Numbered from the stretch's first letter, positions 49,061 through 59,333 are shown. The stretch: DNA of 64,000 nucleotides from Longimicrobiales bacterium (GCA_965248195.1 CBDFIQ010000002.1:288001-352000); one strand, 5' to 3'. Numbers and translations are program-made. The notes: generated by a model from the sequence alone, not told the origin.

Positions 49061-49492
49061 CTAGCGGGTAAGGACGACCACCATCGTAGCGTCCACTTCG
49101 ACACCCTCGGTAAAGTCGAACACATCTTCTAACGTCAGCGTCAAAGTGTCGCCGACCCTAGCGATCGTAATCGTTTCCGTGTCGCCCTCGCCCGATTCGG
49201 TGATCGTCATGGTGTTGCCGAATACAGTGTAGGTTCCCGTCTCGTTCTCACTCGCCTCCCCGGGGAAGCCGAAGGCCCACGAAAACGTGCCGTCCGCGCC
49301 CAACGTGAGGGACATTGTGGTCCCCTCGTCCCTGACGTCCACTGTCAGCGTGGGGTCTGCTACGCTGGTAAAGACGATCGACGCGGCCGTCCATGTGCCC
49401 GCCAGGTCGTCTAGCTCAACGCCCGTCGCCTCAGTGCAGGCGGTCATCAAGATCAGAGCCAGCGCGGAAATAGTCAGATTTCTGATGTTCAT
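49061..49492 (-). CDS. Lipocalin-like lipoprotein
   Basis: Lipobox MTAC; LAGTW, DGTF, GTYTV.G beta-barrel pattern. Confidence 0.7.
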   Translation of the reverse strand: MNIRNLTISALALILMTACTEATGVELDDLAGTWTAASIVFTSVADPTLTVDVRDEGTTMSLTLGADGTFSWAFGFPGEASENETGTYTVFGNTMTITESGEGDTETITIARVGDTLTLTLEDVFDFTEGVEVDATMVVVLTR

Positions 49493-49805
49493 TTGTCTTC
49501 TTCCCTTTCGATTCAATGAGAACTTTTTTACCGATATGTCACTTCGTATCGATTGCGGTGAGTCCCGACGTATCACAGACCATCTGCGCACCTGAGGCGG
49601 TCCAGGCGCCTCATCAACGCTTCACACGGCAGGAAATTCACCGATATTCGGCTCATCGCATCGGAATACGGAGCCACGCGGGCGCGGCAGAAACTCTTCC
49701 CGCCGGCAAACGCCCGCTGAGTTTGTCGCAAGCACGGTGCCACGATATAACTAGCTGGCTCCGCGCAACCCCTCAGGAGACGGGCGAGATCGAGATGGGA
49801 TCACG

Positions 49806-51062
49806 ATGGCTGAACGTCGCGTCGTAGTCGTGGGTGGCGGCGTGATCGGGGTGTGCTGCGCGTACTTCCTGGCCAAGGGGGGCGCCGGCGTAATCTTGGT
49901 CGAGCGGGACGAGATCGGTGGTGGCGCGTCGTTCGGCAACGCCGGAACGATCGCGGCCGGGCATCCACCCCTCAACAAGCCGGGCAGAATCCGGCGCTCC
50001 CTGCTGGAGCTTCTCAACCCGAAGAGCCCGCTCTACATCCCGGTGCGCTGGGATCCCGGCCTATTCCGGTGGCTGTGGACGTTCCGGACGTTCTGCACCG
50101 ACCGCCACCTTTCGGTGAGCATGGGGGCGTTGGCGCCGCTCGGGCATGCCTCACTCGACCTGTTCGACGTCCTGGTCGAATCCGAGAATCTGGATTGTAA
50201 CTACGAACGTAATGGCTACTACGAGATCTGCCGCACGAAGAAGGGACTCGCCGAAGCGAGGCATGATGCGGCTATGATGCGGCAGTACGGTTATCACCCC
50301 CACGAAATTGGCGGAGACGAATTGAGGGAGATCGAGCCCGCCATCCTCGAGGGCGTCGCGGGGGGTGTTCATTTTCCGGAGGCGGCCACATGCGACCCCC
50401 ACCGCTTCGTCCTCGAGCTGGCGGACCGATCGGTACGCCATGGAGCACGGATCGAGACCGGGCGGGGCGTCTCGGAGATCCTGAGTACCGGGAGCGCGGT
50501 GAATGGTGTACGCCTCGAGGACGGCGAGATCCTGGCCGCGAGTGCGGTGGTTCTCGCGACGGGATCCTACAGCGGGGACCTGACGTGGCGGTTCGGACTC
50601 CAGATTCCGGTTCGCGCGGGGAAGGGCTACCACCGTGATCTGGAGCTCGGGGATCCTGGCGCACGCCTAGTGGGTATCGCGTGTGTTCTTGCCGAGACGT
50701 CCGTGTTTTGCACGCCGATGGTGGGGTTTACACGGTTGGCCGGCACCCTCGAGTTCTCGGGGGTCAACCACGAGATGCGACCGCGGCGGCTGGAACAACT
50801 GACCACCGCCGCCGAGGAGTACCTGGATGGTGTCCGGGGCGCTTTGATCCGCTCGGAGTGGTGCGGGCTCAGGCCCTGCACTCCGGACGGGATTCCATAC
50901 GTGGGTCCGGTTCCGGGGCAATCCGGGCTCTTTGTGGCGACAGGGCACGCGATGCTGGGGCTCACACTCGGTCCGGTGACCGGTAAATTGATCGGGGAGC
51001 ATGTGTTGGAGGGAGGCACGTCACTCCCGGCTGGCGCCCTCGGACTCGAAAGGCTGAGGTGA
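49806..51062 (+). CDS. FAD-dependent D-amino-acid dehydrogenase (DadA-like)
   Basis: VVGGGVIG, GASFGNAG, GKGY, RLAGTLE, W.GLRPCTPDG.P, ATGH.MLG.TLGP.TG. Confidence 0.9.
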   Translation: MAERRVVVVGGGVIGVCCAYFLAKGGAGVILVERDEIGGGASFGNAGTIAAGHPPLNKPGRIRRSLLELLNPKSPLYIPVRWDPGLFRWLWTFRTFCTDRHLSVSMGALAPLGHASLDLFDVLVESENLDCNYERNGYYEICRTKKGLAEARHDAAMMRQYGYHPHEIGGDELREIEPAILEGVAGGVHFPEAATCDPHRFVLELADRSVRHGARIETGRGVSEILSTGSAVNGVRLEDGEILAASAVVLATGSYSGDLTWRFGLQIPVRAGKGYHRDLELGDPGARLVGIACVLAETSVFCTPMVGFTRLAGTLEFSGVNHEMRPRRLEQLTTAAEEYLDGVRGALIRSEWCGLRPCTPDGIPYVGPVPGQSGLFVATGHAMLGLTLGPVTGKLIGEHVLEGGTSLPAGALGLERLR

Positions 51063-51228
51063 GCGGCACCGCTGATTATTGCGGCTCGGTTGCTCTCGTT
51101 CCGCGGGATCGGGGGGCCGCCAGCCAGAGCCGGTCAGAGGACCGTGGGATGATCGGCTTGGGATTTGGAAAGGGCGGCTTTATCGTTTTGAGGGCAGTAC
51201 CCCCTTACGCAGGAGAAGTGATCCGCAG

Positions 51229-52026
51229 ATGACGCCTTGGGTGACCCGGCTTCTGGTGACGAACGTGATCGTGGCTCTGGTGCTCCGGCCAGGGACCCTC
51301 CTATACGCCATCCTGACTCTGTTCCCTCCGGCCGTCGTGGGACTCGACCAGTTTTACATACCAGAAATGCCGTTCAGGCCTTGGACGCTCTTCACCTACA
51401 TGTTTTTGCACGCGGGGCTGATGCACCTGATCTTCAACATGATCGGGCTATTCTTCTTCGGCCCGCGCCTCGAAGCGCGGTTGGGGGCGAGAGGATTCTT
51501 GGGGCTCTACTTCCTGAGCGGACTAGGCGGTGCAGCGTTTTCATTCGCCTTTTCCTACGGCGCTCCCGTCGTGGGGGCGTCGGCGGCGGTCTACGGCATA
51601 ATTATTGGCTTTGCCATGTATTGGCCCCGGGAGTTGATTTACATCTATGGGATCGTGCCGGTCCAAGCTCGCTGGCTCGCAACCTTCATCGTGGCCATCA
51701 GCTTGTACAGTGGAATCTCGGGATCGGATGGCGGCACGGCACACTTCGCTCACCTGGGCGGACTCGCCGTGGGTGCAGGGTTTCTTCGTTGGCGGGACCG
51801 GCGTCTTGGCAAGGATCGCCGGGACTTTCAGCGCAAGGTCAACCACTCCCCCTCGCTGAAGGTGTCGGACCACGATGCCAGAAGCCGCTGGGCCGCTATC
51901 GACTTGGCGTCGATGCACGCCCTCAACCGGAACGAGGTCGAGGAGCTGTTGGCCCGACTCGATCGACAAGGAATGGGCGCACTTTCGTTGGAGGAGCGCC
52001 AGTTCCTCGACCGCATGTCGGGATAG
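51229..52026 (+). CDS. Rhomboid intramembrane serine protease
   Basis: PWT.FTYMFLH, HLIFNM, VGASAA, AHFAHLGG; AGGAG RBS. Confidence 0.92.
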   Translation: MTPWVTRLLVTNVIVALVLRPGTLLYAILTLFPPAVVGLDQFYIPEMPFRPWTLFTYMFLHAGLMHLIFNMIGLFFFGPRLEARLGARGFLGLYFLSGLGGAAFSFAFSYGAPVVGASAAVYGIIIGFAMYWPRELIYIYGIVPVQARWLATFIVAISLYSGISGSDGGTAHFAHLGGLAVGAGFLRWRDRRLGKDRRDFQRKVNHSPSLKVSDHDARSRWAAIDLASMHALNRNEVEELLARLDRQGMGALSLEERQFLDRMSG

Positions 52027-52048
52027 TCAGAAGTCCTTCAACAGCGTT

Positions 52049-52867
52049 CTAGACCAGGCGCTTGTAGTCGGCGAGGTGCCGGAGCGCCTCCTTGGTGAGG
52101 CCACTTTTCTCGTAGAGGCGAGAGAGGTTGTAATGGGCCGAAGCCGTGTCTGGCTCGAAGCGGAGAGCCCTCTCGTAGGCTTCTATCGCCTCTCCCACTC
52201 TCTCGAGATCCTCCAGCGCCACGCCCAGATTGAACGCCGCCAGGGCCGATTCGGGGTTTGCGGAAAGAGCCTGGCGATAGTGAACCTCGGCCGATTCGAT
52301 CTCGCCCGCCTCATGGAGGAGGCGTCCCAGGTTGAGGTGGGCGTGCACGTGGCCAGGGTTGAGCGCGATCGCACGTTCGTAGGCTTGGGTGGCACGGTCG
52401 GTCGCGACACCCTCCAGATCCAGCGCCAGGTTGTACCAATCGTCGGCCGTCATGGCCGAGAGGGGGGTGCGCTCCACCATCGCCCCCGCGATGGGTGCGA
52501 TCTTTTCCGCCAGTTCCTGGACGGAAAAGTCGAGATGCACCTGCCCGGTCCGGGGGTCCCACACGGTTTTCTCTTCTTTGACCACGACGGAGTCACCGTC
52601 GGAGGTGATGTGGAGGGCGCTGAGGGCTTGATCTTCGGGGAGCTGCCCGCGGAGCGAGTGGAGTACGCTTTTCACCCGGCGTAAGGGAATCCCTGACGTT
52701 ATCAAGTCACGTGTAGTTCTGAGGAGGATGATGTCGGCGAAGGAGAATCGATACTCGTTCCTGCCGCCGCGCTCCGGGTCGACGAGGCCCGAGCGCGCGA
52801 GCGAACGAAGGCGGGACGCCGAGACGCCGAGAATCTCGGCCACTTGTTGGGTGGTGTACCCTCTCAG
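52049..52867 (-). CDS. MerR-type HTH plus TPR protein
   Basis: (L)RGYTTQQVAEILGVS..RLR..AR.GLV.P.R.....YRFSF.D (MerR HTH), then TPRs (AH.NLG.LL, AFNLGVALED, AHYNL). Probable CTG start overlapping the ku stop; the track starts at 52843. Confidence 0.85.
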   Translation of the reverse strand: MRGYTTQQVAEILGVSASRLRSLARSGLVDPERGGRNEYRFSFADIILLRTTRDLITSGIPLRRVKSVLHSLRGQLPEDQALSALHITSDGDSVVVKEEKTVWDPRTGQVHLDFSVQELAEKIAPIAGAMVERTPLSAMTADDWYNLALDLEGVATDRATQAYERAIALNPGHVHAHLNLGRLLHEAGEIESAEVHYRQALSANPESALAAFNLGVALEDLERVGEAIEAYERALRFEPDTASAHYNLSRLYEKSGLTKEALRHLADYKRLV

Positions 52868-53712
52868 CTCGAGGCCCTCTTCCGGGCGGGCGCCTTCTTG
52901 GTCTTCCCCGAGGCGGCTTTTGCCGGTTTCCGTTCCGAACCCTCTTCCGAGAGGCTGGCCTTGAGGGCCGCCATCAGGTCGATGATCTGAGTTTGGGGCT
53001 CCTCCTGGGCCACCGTGACGATGTCTTCGCCGTCGATCTTTTGCTGGATGAGCTCGAGCATGCGCTCACGCACGTCGTCCTTGTAGTCGGTGGCCTCGAA
53101 CGCATCGGACGATGCCTGGTCCACGAGCTGGACGGCGAGCTCGAGCTCCGAGTCGCTCACCTCGCCCTCTTCTATCTCAACGTCCGAGAAGGAGCGCAGC
53201 TCGCCGGCGTAACGGAGTTGCTCCAGAAGCAGGCCCCCCTCGAAGGGGCGCACCATGACCAGATGCTGCTTGCCTCGCGTGGCGTGCTTTGCGATGGCGA
53301 CCCGGTCGGTCTGAGCCAGCGCGGCCGAGAGTAGCCGGTACGCGCGGGCGCCACCCTTGTCGGGTCCCAGGTAGTAGGCCCGATCGAAATAGAGCCGATC
53401 CACCTGGTCCGCTGGCACGAACTCCGTGATTTCGATCGAGTCCGTCTTGGGCTGTTCGACCGCCTTGAGCTCATCGGCGCTGAACAGGACATACTGGCCC
53501 TTTACGAACTCGTAACCCTTCACGATGTCTTCGCGGGGGACGATCTCGTCGTCTTTGGGGCAGATGTACTGCTGCTTCACACGGGTGCCACAGGTCTTGT
53601 GCACCATGTTGAAGGAGATGCGGGACTTGGATTCGGCCGTGGCATACAGCCTTACCGGTAACGAAACCAGCCCGAACGAAATCGTCGATGTTGCGATTGA
53701 ACGTGCGGCCAT
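52864..53712 (-). CDS. ku: Prokaryotic Ku protein (NHEJ)
   Basis: ISFGLVSLPVRLY.A, IVKGYE, I.I.EFV, YYLGP, Y.D.....I..K, IIDLMAALKASL, basic tail. Confidence 0.95.
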   Translation of the reverse strand: MAARSIATSTISFGLVSLPVRLYATAESKSRISFNMVHKTCGTRVKQQYICPKDDEIVPREDIVKGYEFVKGQYVLFSADELKAVEQPKTDSIEITEFVPADQVDRLYFDRAYYLGPDKGGARAYRLLSAALAQTDRVAIAKHATRGKQHLVMVRPFEGGLLLEQLRYAGELRSFSDVEIEEGEVSDSELELAVQLVDQASSDAFEATDYKDDVRERMLELIQQKIDGEDIVTVAQEEPQTQIIDLMAALKASLSEEGSERKPAKAASGKTKKAPARKRASS

Positions 53713-53846
53713 ATGGAAACGACTCCTTGAACCCTGGGGCGCGGGGTATAAACATATGTTCAGAACTTCGTGTGGCGCAACGGAAGTGGTCATCGCCAAC
53801 CGGGAGGGCGCTGGTGCGGTCGAGCAGGATTTCGTTAACCTGACCC

Positions 53847-56576
53847 ATGTCTACAGGGTCCCGAGACGACAAGCTCGAGCGCTACCGCGACAAGCGGTCC
53901 GCCCCTCAGACCCCCGAACCTCTGGGGGGATCGGCCCCCCAGGGCGAGCGGCGTATTTTCGTCGTCCAAAAACATCACGCCAGTTCGCTCCACTGGGACC
54001 TGCGACTCGAGATGGACGGCGTCCTGGAGTCCTGGGCCGTCCCCAAGGGGCCCTCCCCGAATTCGGCGGACAAACGGCTCGCCATGCACGTGGAGCCCCA
54101 CCCCCTGGAGTATGCGGAGTTCGAGGGGGTCATCCCCGAGGGTCAATACGGTGCCGGCCCGTCGATCTGCTGGGACAAGGGCGTCTGGATCGAGATCCCC
54201 GGTGACAAGCACGGGATCGAGCACGGCAAGCTCCTGTTCGAGCTCCGGGGCTACAAGCTCAGGGGCCGCTGGACGCTCGTTCATACCCCCAAGCGGGGTG
54301 ACAACCACTGGCTTCTCATCAAAGAGCGGGACGGCTACGTCGATGAACGTGGCACGGAGGCCTTCCCCGACGACTCGATCTACTCGGGACTACTCGTCGA
54401 CCAGCTCGCCCATCCGCAGGCGCGTGAAGCGGAGATCGTGGACAAGGCACGTGAGCTCGGGGGCCCGGGTGGCTCGTCCGAACTCCCTGGCTCGTCCTCT
54501 TTCAGCTCGATGTTGGGCAAGACGGGCGGTTTCGAGGTGATGTTGGCCACCGCACGTGAGGAGCCCTTCACGAAGGAGGGGTGGGTCTTTGAGATCAAAT
54601 ATGACGGATACCGCCTCATCGCGGACGGGGCGGGTGGCCAGCCGGTTCTGTGGTCGAGAAACGGGAACGACATCACAGAGACGTTCCCCGACATCGCCCG
54701 GGCGGTTCGAGGCCTTCCATACGACGGTATCGTCCTGGATGGAGAGGTCGTGGTGCACGACGACGCGGGCCTTCCGAGCTTCAGCCGCCTCCAGCAGAGG
54801 GGTCGGTTGCAGCGCAAGTCCGCCATCGTCCGCGCGGCGCTCGATCTTCCGGCGGCGTTCTACGCCTTCGATCTTCTGGCTTTCGGCGGACTCGACCTTC
54901 GGGATCTCCCGTTGCTCGCCCGCAAGGCCATCCTTCGGGAGGCCCTCCCCACGGTGGGTCCCATACGCTACTCGGATCACATCGAGACCGAGGGCCAGGC
55001 GATGTACGAACAGGTCACGGGCATGCGGCTCGAGGGCATCGTGGCCAAGAGGGCGGACAGTCCCTACCGGTCCAGACGCTCGACCTCGTGGTACAAGATT
55101 CGGGCCGTGCGAACCGATGACTTCGTCGTCGTGGGCTACACCGATCCCAAGGGCGGCCGGCCGGGTTTCGGGGCACTTCACCTGGCGCAATACGCGGACG
55201 GGGACGGCGGTGAGCTCGTCTATGCCGGAAGCGTCGGTACGGGTTTCAGCGACGACATGCTCGACGACATCATGGAGTCCCTTCGCGGCCTCGAGGCTTC
55301 CACCCTTGGGGATCCAGGCGGCTCCGGCGGGGATCCAGGCGGCTCCGGCGGGGATCCAGGCGGCTCCGGCGGAGATCCAGGCGGCTCCGGCGAGGATCCA
55401 GGCGCTCCCGGCGGGGACTCCAGTGTCTCGGGCCCAAAGGCGGGCCGTCCCGCGATTGCCGGGGGCGTTCCCAAGGGGTCGAATCATCACTGGGTTCGAC
55501 CGGAGCTCGTCGCCGAGGTACGCTACAAGGAGTTCACGGAGGCGGGGGTGATCCGACACCCGTCGTTCGTGCACCTTCGCGATGACAAGCGCCCGGAAGA
55601 GTGCGTCCGTCAAGCTGAAGACGGTGCAGGAGCTCGCGACGGTGGGATTGGCGCTCCCATGCCGGTCACCGACGACGACGTCGATCGTACCGTTCACTTC
55701 ACGAATCTCGACAAAGTGCTCTGGCCGGAGACGGGCTACACGAAGGGTGACCTCATCGAGTACTACCGGGCGGTGTGGAAGTGGATCGAGCCGTATTTGG
55801 CGGATCGCTGTCTCGTGCTCACCCGCTTTCCTGACGGGATCGACGGAAAGTCCTTCTATCAGAAGAACGCGCCCGATTGGGCCCCCGAGTGGGTGCGGAC
55901 GGAATCCGTCTGGAGCGAGAGTTCCGAGAAGCCGATCGACTACTTCGTGGTGGAGGACCTGGAGATGCTGCTTTATGTGGCCAATTCGGCGGCCATCCCT
56001 CTGCATGTCTGGTCCAGCAGAATCGCTACCATCAACCAGCCGGACTGGTGTATTCTGGATCTCGATCCCAAGGGCGCTCCCTTCGGGGACGTCGTAAAGG
56101 TCGCCCGCGTCATCCGTGACGTGTGCGACGAGATCGAGCTGCCCACCTACGTGAAGACGAGCGGCGCGTCGGGCCTTCACGTTCTGGTCCCACTGGGACA
56201 CCAGTGTGACTATGAGCAGTCTCGCCAGCTAGGCCACCTGTTGGCGCAAGTTGTGGTCTCCGAGCTCCCCGAAATCGCCACCATCACACGGACGATCCGA
56301 GACCGCGAGGGGAGAGTCTACGTGGACTTTCTACAGAACCGGCGCGGCCAGCTCCTCGTGGCGCCGTTCAGCGTCCGTCCGGTCCCCGAGGCCGCGGTCT
56401 CCACGCCGCTCAAGTGGAGCGAAGTGACGCAGCGGTTAGACATCCGGAAGCATACGATCAGAACGGTGCCGGCCCGTATGAAGCGGCTCAAGGGCGGCGA
56501 CCCGTTCTTGGGGGTCCTGAAAGATCGACCCGACCTCATCGGCGCGCTCGGGCGGTTGGCGCGGCGTGCGGGCTGA
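53847..56576 (+). CDS. ligD: DNA ligase D (phosphoesterase-ligase-polymerase)
   Basis: PE: FVVQKH.A..LHWDLRLE..GVL.SWAVPKGPS. Ligase: EIKYDGYR, EGIVAKR. POL: TKGDLI.YY, DLDP, KTSG..GLH, D.LQN. Confidence 0.96.
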   Translation: MSTGSRDDKLERYRDKRSAPQTPEPLGGSAPQGERRIFVVQKHHASSLHWDLRLEMDGVLESWAVPKGPSPNSADKRLAMHVEPHPLEYAEFEGVIPEGQYGAGPSICWDKGVWIEIPGDKHGIEHGKLLFELRGYKLRGRWTLVHTPKRGDNHWLLIKERDGYVDERGTEAFPDDSIYSGLLVDQLAHPQAREAEIVDKARELGGPGGSSELPGSSSFSSMLGKTGGFEVMLATAREEPFTKEGWVFEIKYDGYRLIADGAGGQPVLWSRNGNDITETFPDIARAVRGLPYDGIVLDGEVVVHDDAGLPSFSRLQQRGRLQRKSAIVRAALDLPAAFYAFDLLAFGGLDLRDLPLLARKAILREALPTVGPIRYSDHIETEGQAMYEQVTGMRLEGIVAKRADSPYRSRRSTSWYKIRAVRTDDFVVVGYTDPKGGRPGFGALHLAQYADGDGGELVYAGSVGTGFSDDMLDDIMESLRGLEASTLGDPGGSGGDPGGSGGDPGGSGGDPGGSGEDPGAPGGDSSVSGPKAGRPAIAGGVPKGSNHHWVRPELVAEVRYKEFTEAGVIRHPSFVHLRDDKRPEECVRQAEDGAGARDGGIGAPMPVTDDDVDRTVHFTNLDKVLWPETGYTKGDLIEYYRAVWKWIEPYLADRCLVLTRFPDGIDGKSFYQKNAPDWAPEWVRTESVWSESSEKPIDYFVVEDLEMLLYVANSAAIPLHVWSSRIATINQPDWCILDLDPKGAPFGDVVKVARVIRDVCDEIELPTYVKTSGASGLHVLVPLGHQCDYEQSRQLGHLLAQVVVSELPEIATITRTIRDREGRVYVDFLQNRRGQLLVAPFSVRPVPEAAVSTPLKWSEVTQRLDIRKHTIRTVPARMKRLKGGDPFLGVLKDRPDLIGALGRLARRAG
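55308..55418 (+). repeat. In-frame 21-bp tandem repeat (about 5.3 units, GDPGGSG) in ligD
   Basis: GGGGATCCAGGCGGCTCCGGC x3, then two degenerate units and a partial unit. Confidence 0.95.
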
Positions 56577-56666
56577 AAACGAGCGGATAGCAGCCGGAGC
56601 CCGAAACCAGACGCGTCGGTTTTACGTCAGAGAGTCGGGACCGGAACCCATACGAAAGGCTAGAAA

Positions 56667-57008
56667 ATGATCCAATTCGCCCTTCATCTCGTGGTCACGG
56701 CGGCCTTGCTCTCTGTCGCCGGGTACATCGTGTCCGGCATCGAGGTCGAAGACGGAGCAGCGGCCGTGATCGGCGCACTCGTCCTGGGGTTTGTCAACGC
56801 GTTCATCCGCCCCATCCTGGTCGTGCTGACCCTCCCGATCACGTTCCTGACGCTGGGGCTGTTCGTCTGGGTCGTGAACGCCTTCATGCTCAAGCTCACC
56901 GCGGCGTTCGTCCCTGGCTTCAAGGTCGAGGGCTTCTGGGCGGCGATGGTGGGTAGTTTGTTGCTCGGTATCCTCAACCTCGCCGTTGCGGCGCTTTTCG
57001 GCATTTAG
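56667..57008 (+). CDS. 4-TMS membrane protein (YvlD / Phage_holin_4_2-like)
   Basis: LGFVNAFIRPIL..LTLP.T.LTLGLF..VVNA.ML, GF.V.GFW.A. Confidence 0.85.
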   Translation: MIQFALHLVVTAALLSVAGYIVSGIEVEDGAAAVIGALVLGFVNAFIRPILVVLTLPITFLTLGLFVWVVNAFMLKLTAAFVPGFKVEGFWAAMVGSLLLGILNLAVAALFGI

Positions 57009-57025
57009 GAGAGCGGAGTGCGCCG

Positions 57026-58453
57026 CTAGCTGATGGTCCCTGACAGCGCCTTCACCAGCCGGTACAGGAACTCCTGGCCCTCATAAAACGACTCGATGAG
57101 AACGCGCTCGTCTTGACCATGATCGCGGTTGTCATCGACATCGCTGAAGATCCCGGAGACGCCGTACGTCGGGATTCCCGCCCTCCTCAAGTAGAGCCCG
57201 TCCGTAGCGCCAGTGCTCATGATCGGGACGACCGGTACGCCGGGCCACATCTCCTCGGTAATCCGCTCGATGAGCCCCAGCACGTTGGGGGTGAGAGGCG
57301 ATGGCGGGCTGGGGCTGGGTGCTGCGACGGGCGTGACCTCCACGCCGGCGCCCGCGAGCTCTCGGAGGGTGAGTAGAACCTGGGCGGGGTCATGGTTCGG
57401 CAGGATACGGCAATTGACCAAGGCACCGGCGGTTTGGGGTAACGCGTTGTCGGCGTGCCCCCCACTCAGGCGAGTGGCGACGCAGGTCGTCCTGAGACGA
57501 GCATTCAGATGTGGAAACGCTTGAAGGCGCTCCACGGCCCTTTCATTCGCTGGGTCCTCTAGCACCGAAAGGATGTCTTCAGCGATGGCCCCACCCTCTA
57601 CCGTTGCGGTTCCTCGGAAATATGCCTCCGTGACCTCGTTCAACATGACCGGGAAATGGTACTGGCGGAGGCGCATGAGCGCGCCCGCCACGTCATAGAT
57701 GGCGTTGTCCTGCCGCGGGAGAGAGCTGTGGCCACCCGAGTTGGTGGCCTTCAGCTCGAAGTCTTGGTACACCTTTTCACTGGCCTGGACGGAGTTCAAT
57801 TGGCGAACGCCATTCTTCAGGGCTCCGCCGCCGCCCTCGTTGAGCGCGTACTCTGCATCGAGATCGCGACGGTTTTCGAGGAGCCAATCGACTCCGTTGA
57901 GGGGGCCGCCCTCCTCGTCGGCGGTGAGCGCCACGATGATGTCACGATCCGGTACGAACCCTTCTTCCTTGAGCCGGATGAGGTTGGCAGTGTAAATGGC
58001 GGCTTCGTCCTTGTCGTCCTTCACACCCCGTCCGTAGTAGTAGCCGTCGGCCTCGGTGAACGTCCAAGGGTCAATCGTCCAGTCGGAGCGGAGCGCCTCC
58101 ACCACGTCGAGGTGCGCCAAGAGGAGGATGGGTGCGCGGCCCGTGTCGCGGCCGCGGAGCCTGGCGACCAAGTTGACCTTCCGATCGTCCGGGCCGACGA
58201 TGTGGACGTCCTCACGTGCGAACCCGGCGTCGAGAAGGCGACGCGCCATCGCCTCTGCCGCCGGGGCCGTCCCCTCGGACTCGACCGTATTGATCTCGAT
58301 GAGCTCCCGAAACAAATCGAGCGCCAACTGTTGATGGCGATCGAGTTGTAGCTCCTGGCTCCCTGCACTTGCCGCGGTCAGGAAGAACACGGAGGCCAAG
58401 CCGGGGAACGCGCACCGCGCCCTGCCCCACCCCCTACTGATCCAAGTCGACAT
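57026..58453 (-). CDS. M20/M25/M40 metallohydrolase, exported
   Basis: LAHLDVV, YGRG..DDK, TADEEGG, NEGGG, GGHSS.P, GATDG, HG.DER. Confidence 0.9.
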   Translation of the reverse strand: MSTWISRGWGRARCAFPGLASVFFLTAASAGSQELQLDRHQQLALDLFRELIEINTVESEGTAPAAEAMARRLLDAGFAREDVHIVGPDDRKVNLVARLRGRDTGRAPILLLAHLDVVEALRSDWTIDPWTFTEADGYYYGRGVKDDKDEAAIYTANLIRLKEEGFVPDRDIIVALTADEEGGPLNGVDWLLENRRDLDAEYALNEGGGGALKNGVRQLNSVQASEKVYQDFELKATNSGGHSSLPRQDNAIYDVAGALMRLRQYHFPVMLNEVTEAYFRGTATVEGGAIAEDILSVLEDPANERAVERLQAFPHLNARLRTTCVATRLSGGHADNALPQTAGALVNCRILPNHDPAQVLLTLRELAGAGVEVTPVAAPSPSPPSPLTPNVLGLIERITEEMWPGVPVVPIMSTGATDGLYLRRAGIPTYGVSGIFSDVDDNRDHGQDERVLIESFYEGQEFLYRLVKALSGTIS

Positions 58454-58479
58454 TGAGAACTCTCCCGTGCCTGAAATCG

Positions 58480-59193
58480 TTACGTAAGACTGTCGATCCA
58501 GGATCGCGTCGCATCCGCGAGTTCGTTTTGAACCTCGTCATCGGTGCGACCAGACCTCTTCAACACGTGAAAACCGTGATCCGCGCCCTCGACCACATGG
58601 AGCGTAGTGGTCTGTAGGAGATCTTGGCAAACCGGCTCTAGCAGATCGAGCGGGGCCAGCTTGTCCCGAGTCCCCTGCAGAAAGAGCAGTGGGACACCGA
58701 CTTTCCCTAGGTGCTCGCTTCGCTCGATGCCGGGCTTCTGGGGAGGATGGAGGGGAAAGCCAAAGAAGACGATGCCTTGGATCGTGGAGAGGGGACCCTT
58801 CGACGCGGCCAAGGACGTCATTCGGCCACCCATCGACTTGCCCCCCGCGAAAAGGGGAAGCCCGTCCGAGACCTCCGAGGCCGCACTCGCCGCCGAACGG
58901 ACCGTCTTGAGTAGAACGGGTTGATAGTCGGGGCGTCTACGTCCGTGCTCTATGTAAGGGAATTGGTACCGAAACGTGGCGATCCGCCGATCAGCCAGAC
59001 AAGCGGCCACAGCCTCCATGAAGGGATGCCGCATCCCGGCGCCGGCACCGTGCGCCAGCACCAGCAGGCAATCCGCGTCGAGGGGCCGCATGAGCAGTGC
59101 GGATACGTCCCCCGAGCTGGTTGTCGCCTCGAACCTATGCTCGGTCAGGTCGAATTGTTGTGCGGCGGGCTTGGATCCTGAAGCCACTGGCAT
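58480..59193 (-). CDS. Alpha/beta hydrolase (KANL3/Tex30-like)
   Basis: LAHGAGAGM, GGKSMGGR, GFPLHP, QGTRD, GADH.F. Confidence 0.88.
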   Translation of the reverse strand: MPVASGSKPAAQQFDLTEHRFEATTSSGDVSALLMRPLDADCLLVLAHGAGAGMRHPFMEAVAACLADRRIATFRYQFPYIEHGRRRPDYQPVLLKTVRSAASAASEVSDGLPLFAGGKSMGGRMTSLAASKGPLSTIQGIVFFGFPLHPPQKPGIERSEHLGKVGVPLLFLQGTRDKLAPLDLLEPVCQDLLQTTTLHVVEGADHGFHVLKRSGRTDDEVQNELADATRSWIDSLT

Positions 59194-59333
59194 GACTCTC
59201 CCCTCGATCGTGACCGGTCGAGGTTGAGAGGTAAGTCGACCCGCCGCAAGGCTCAGCGATCTAGGGCCCCGTGCGCATCCAGAGGCGAGGTGTAAGTTCT
59301 CCCAACCAGTCATCTCTTTCAGGAGGCCCTAAA

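Noticed and set aside
55308..55418. Possible CRISPR array
   Set aside because: Contiguous in-frame tandem units with no spacers, and no cas genes.
56667..57008. Prophage suggested by the holin-family protein
   Set aside because: This family is widespread on chromosomes; no phage genes nearby.
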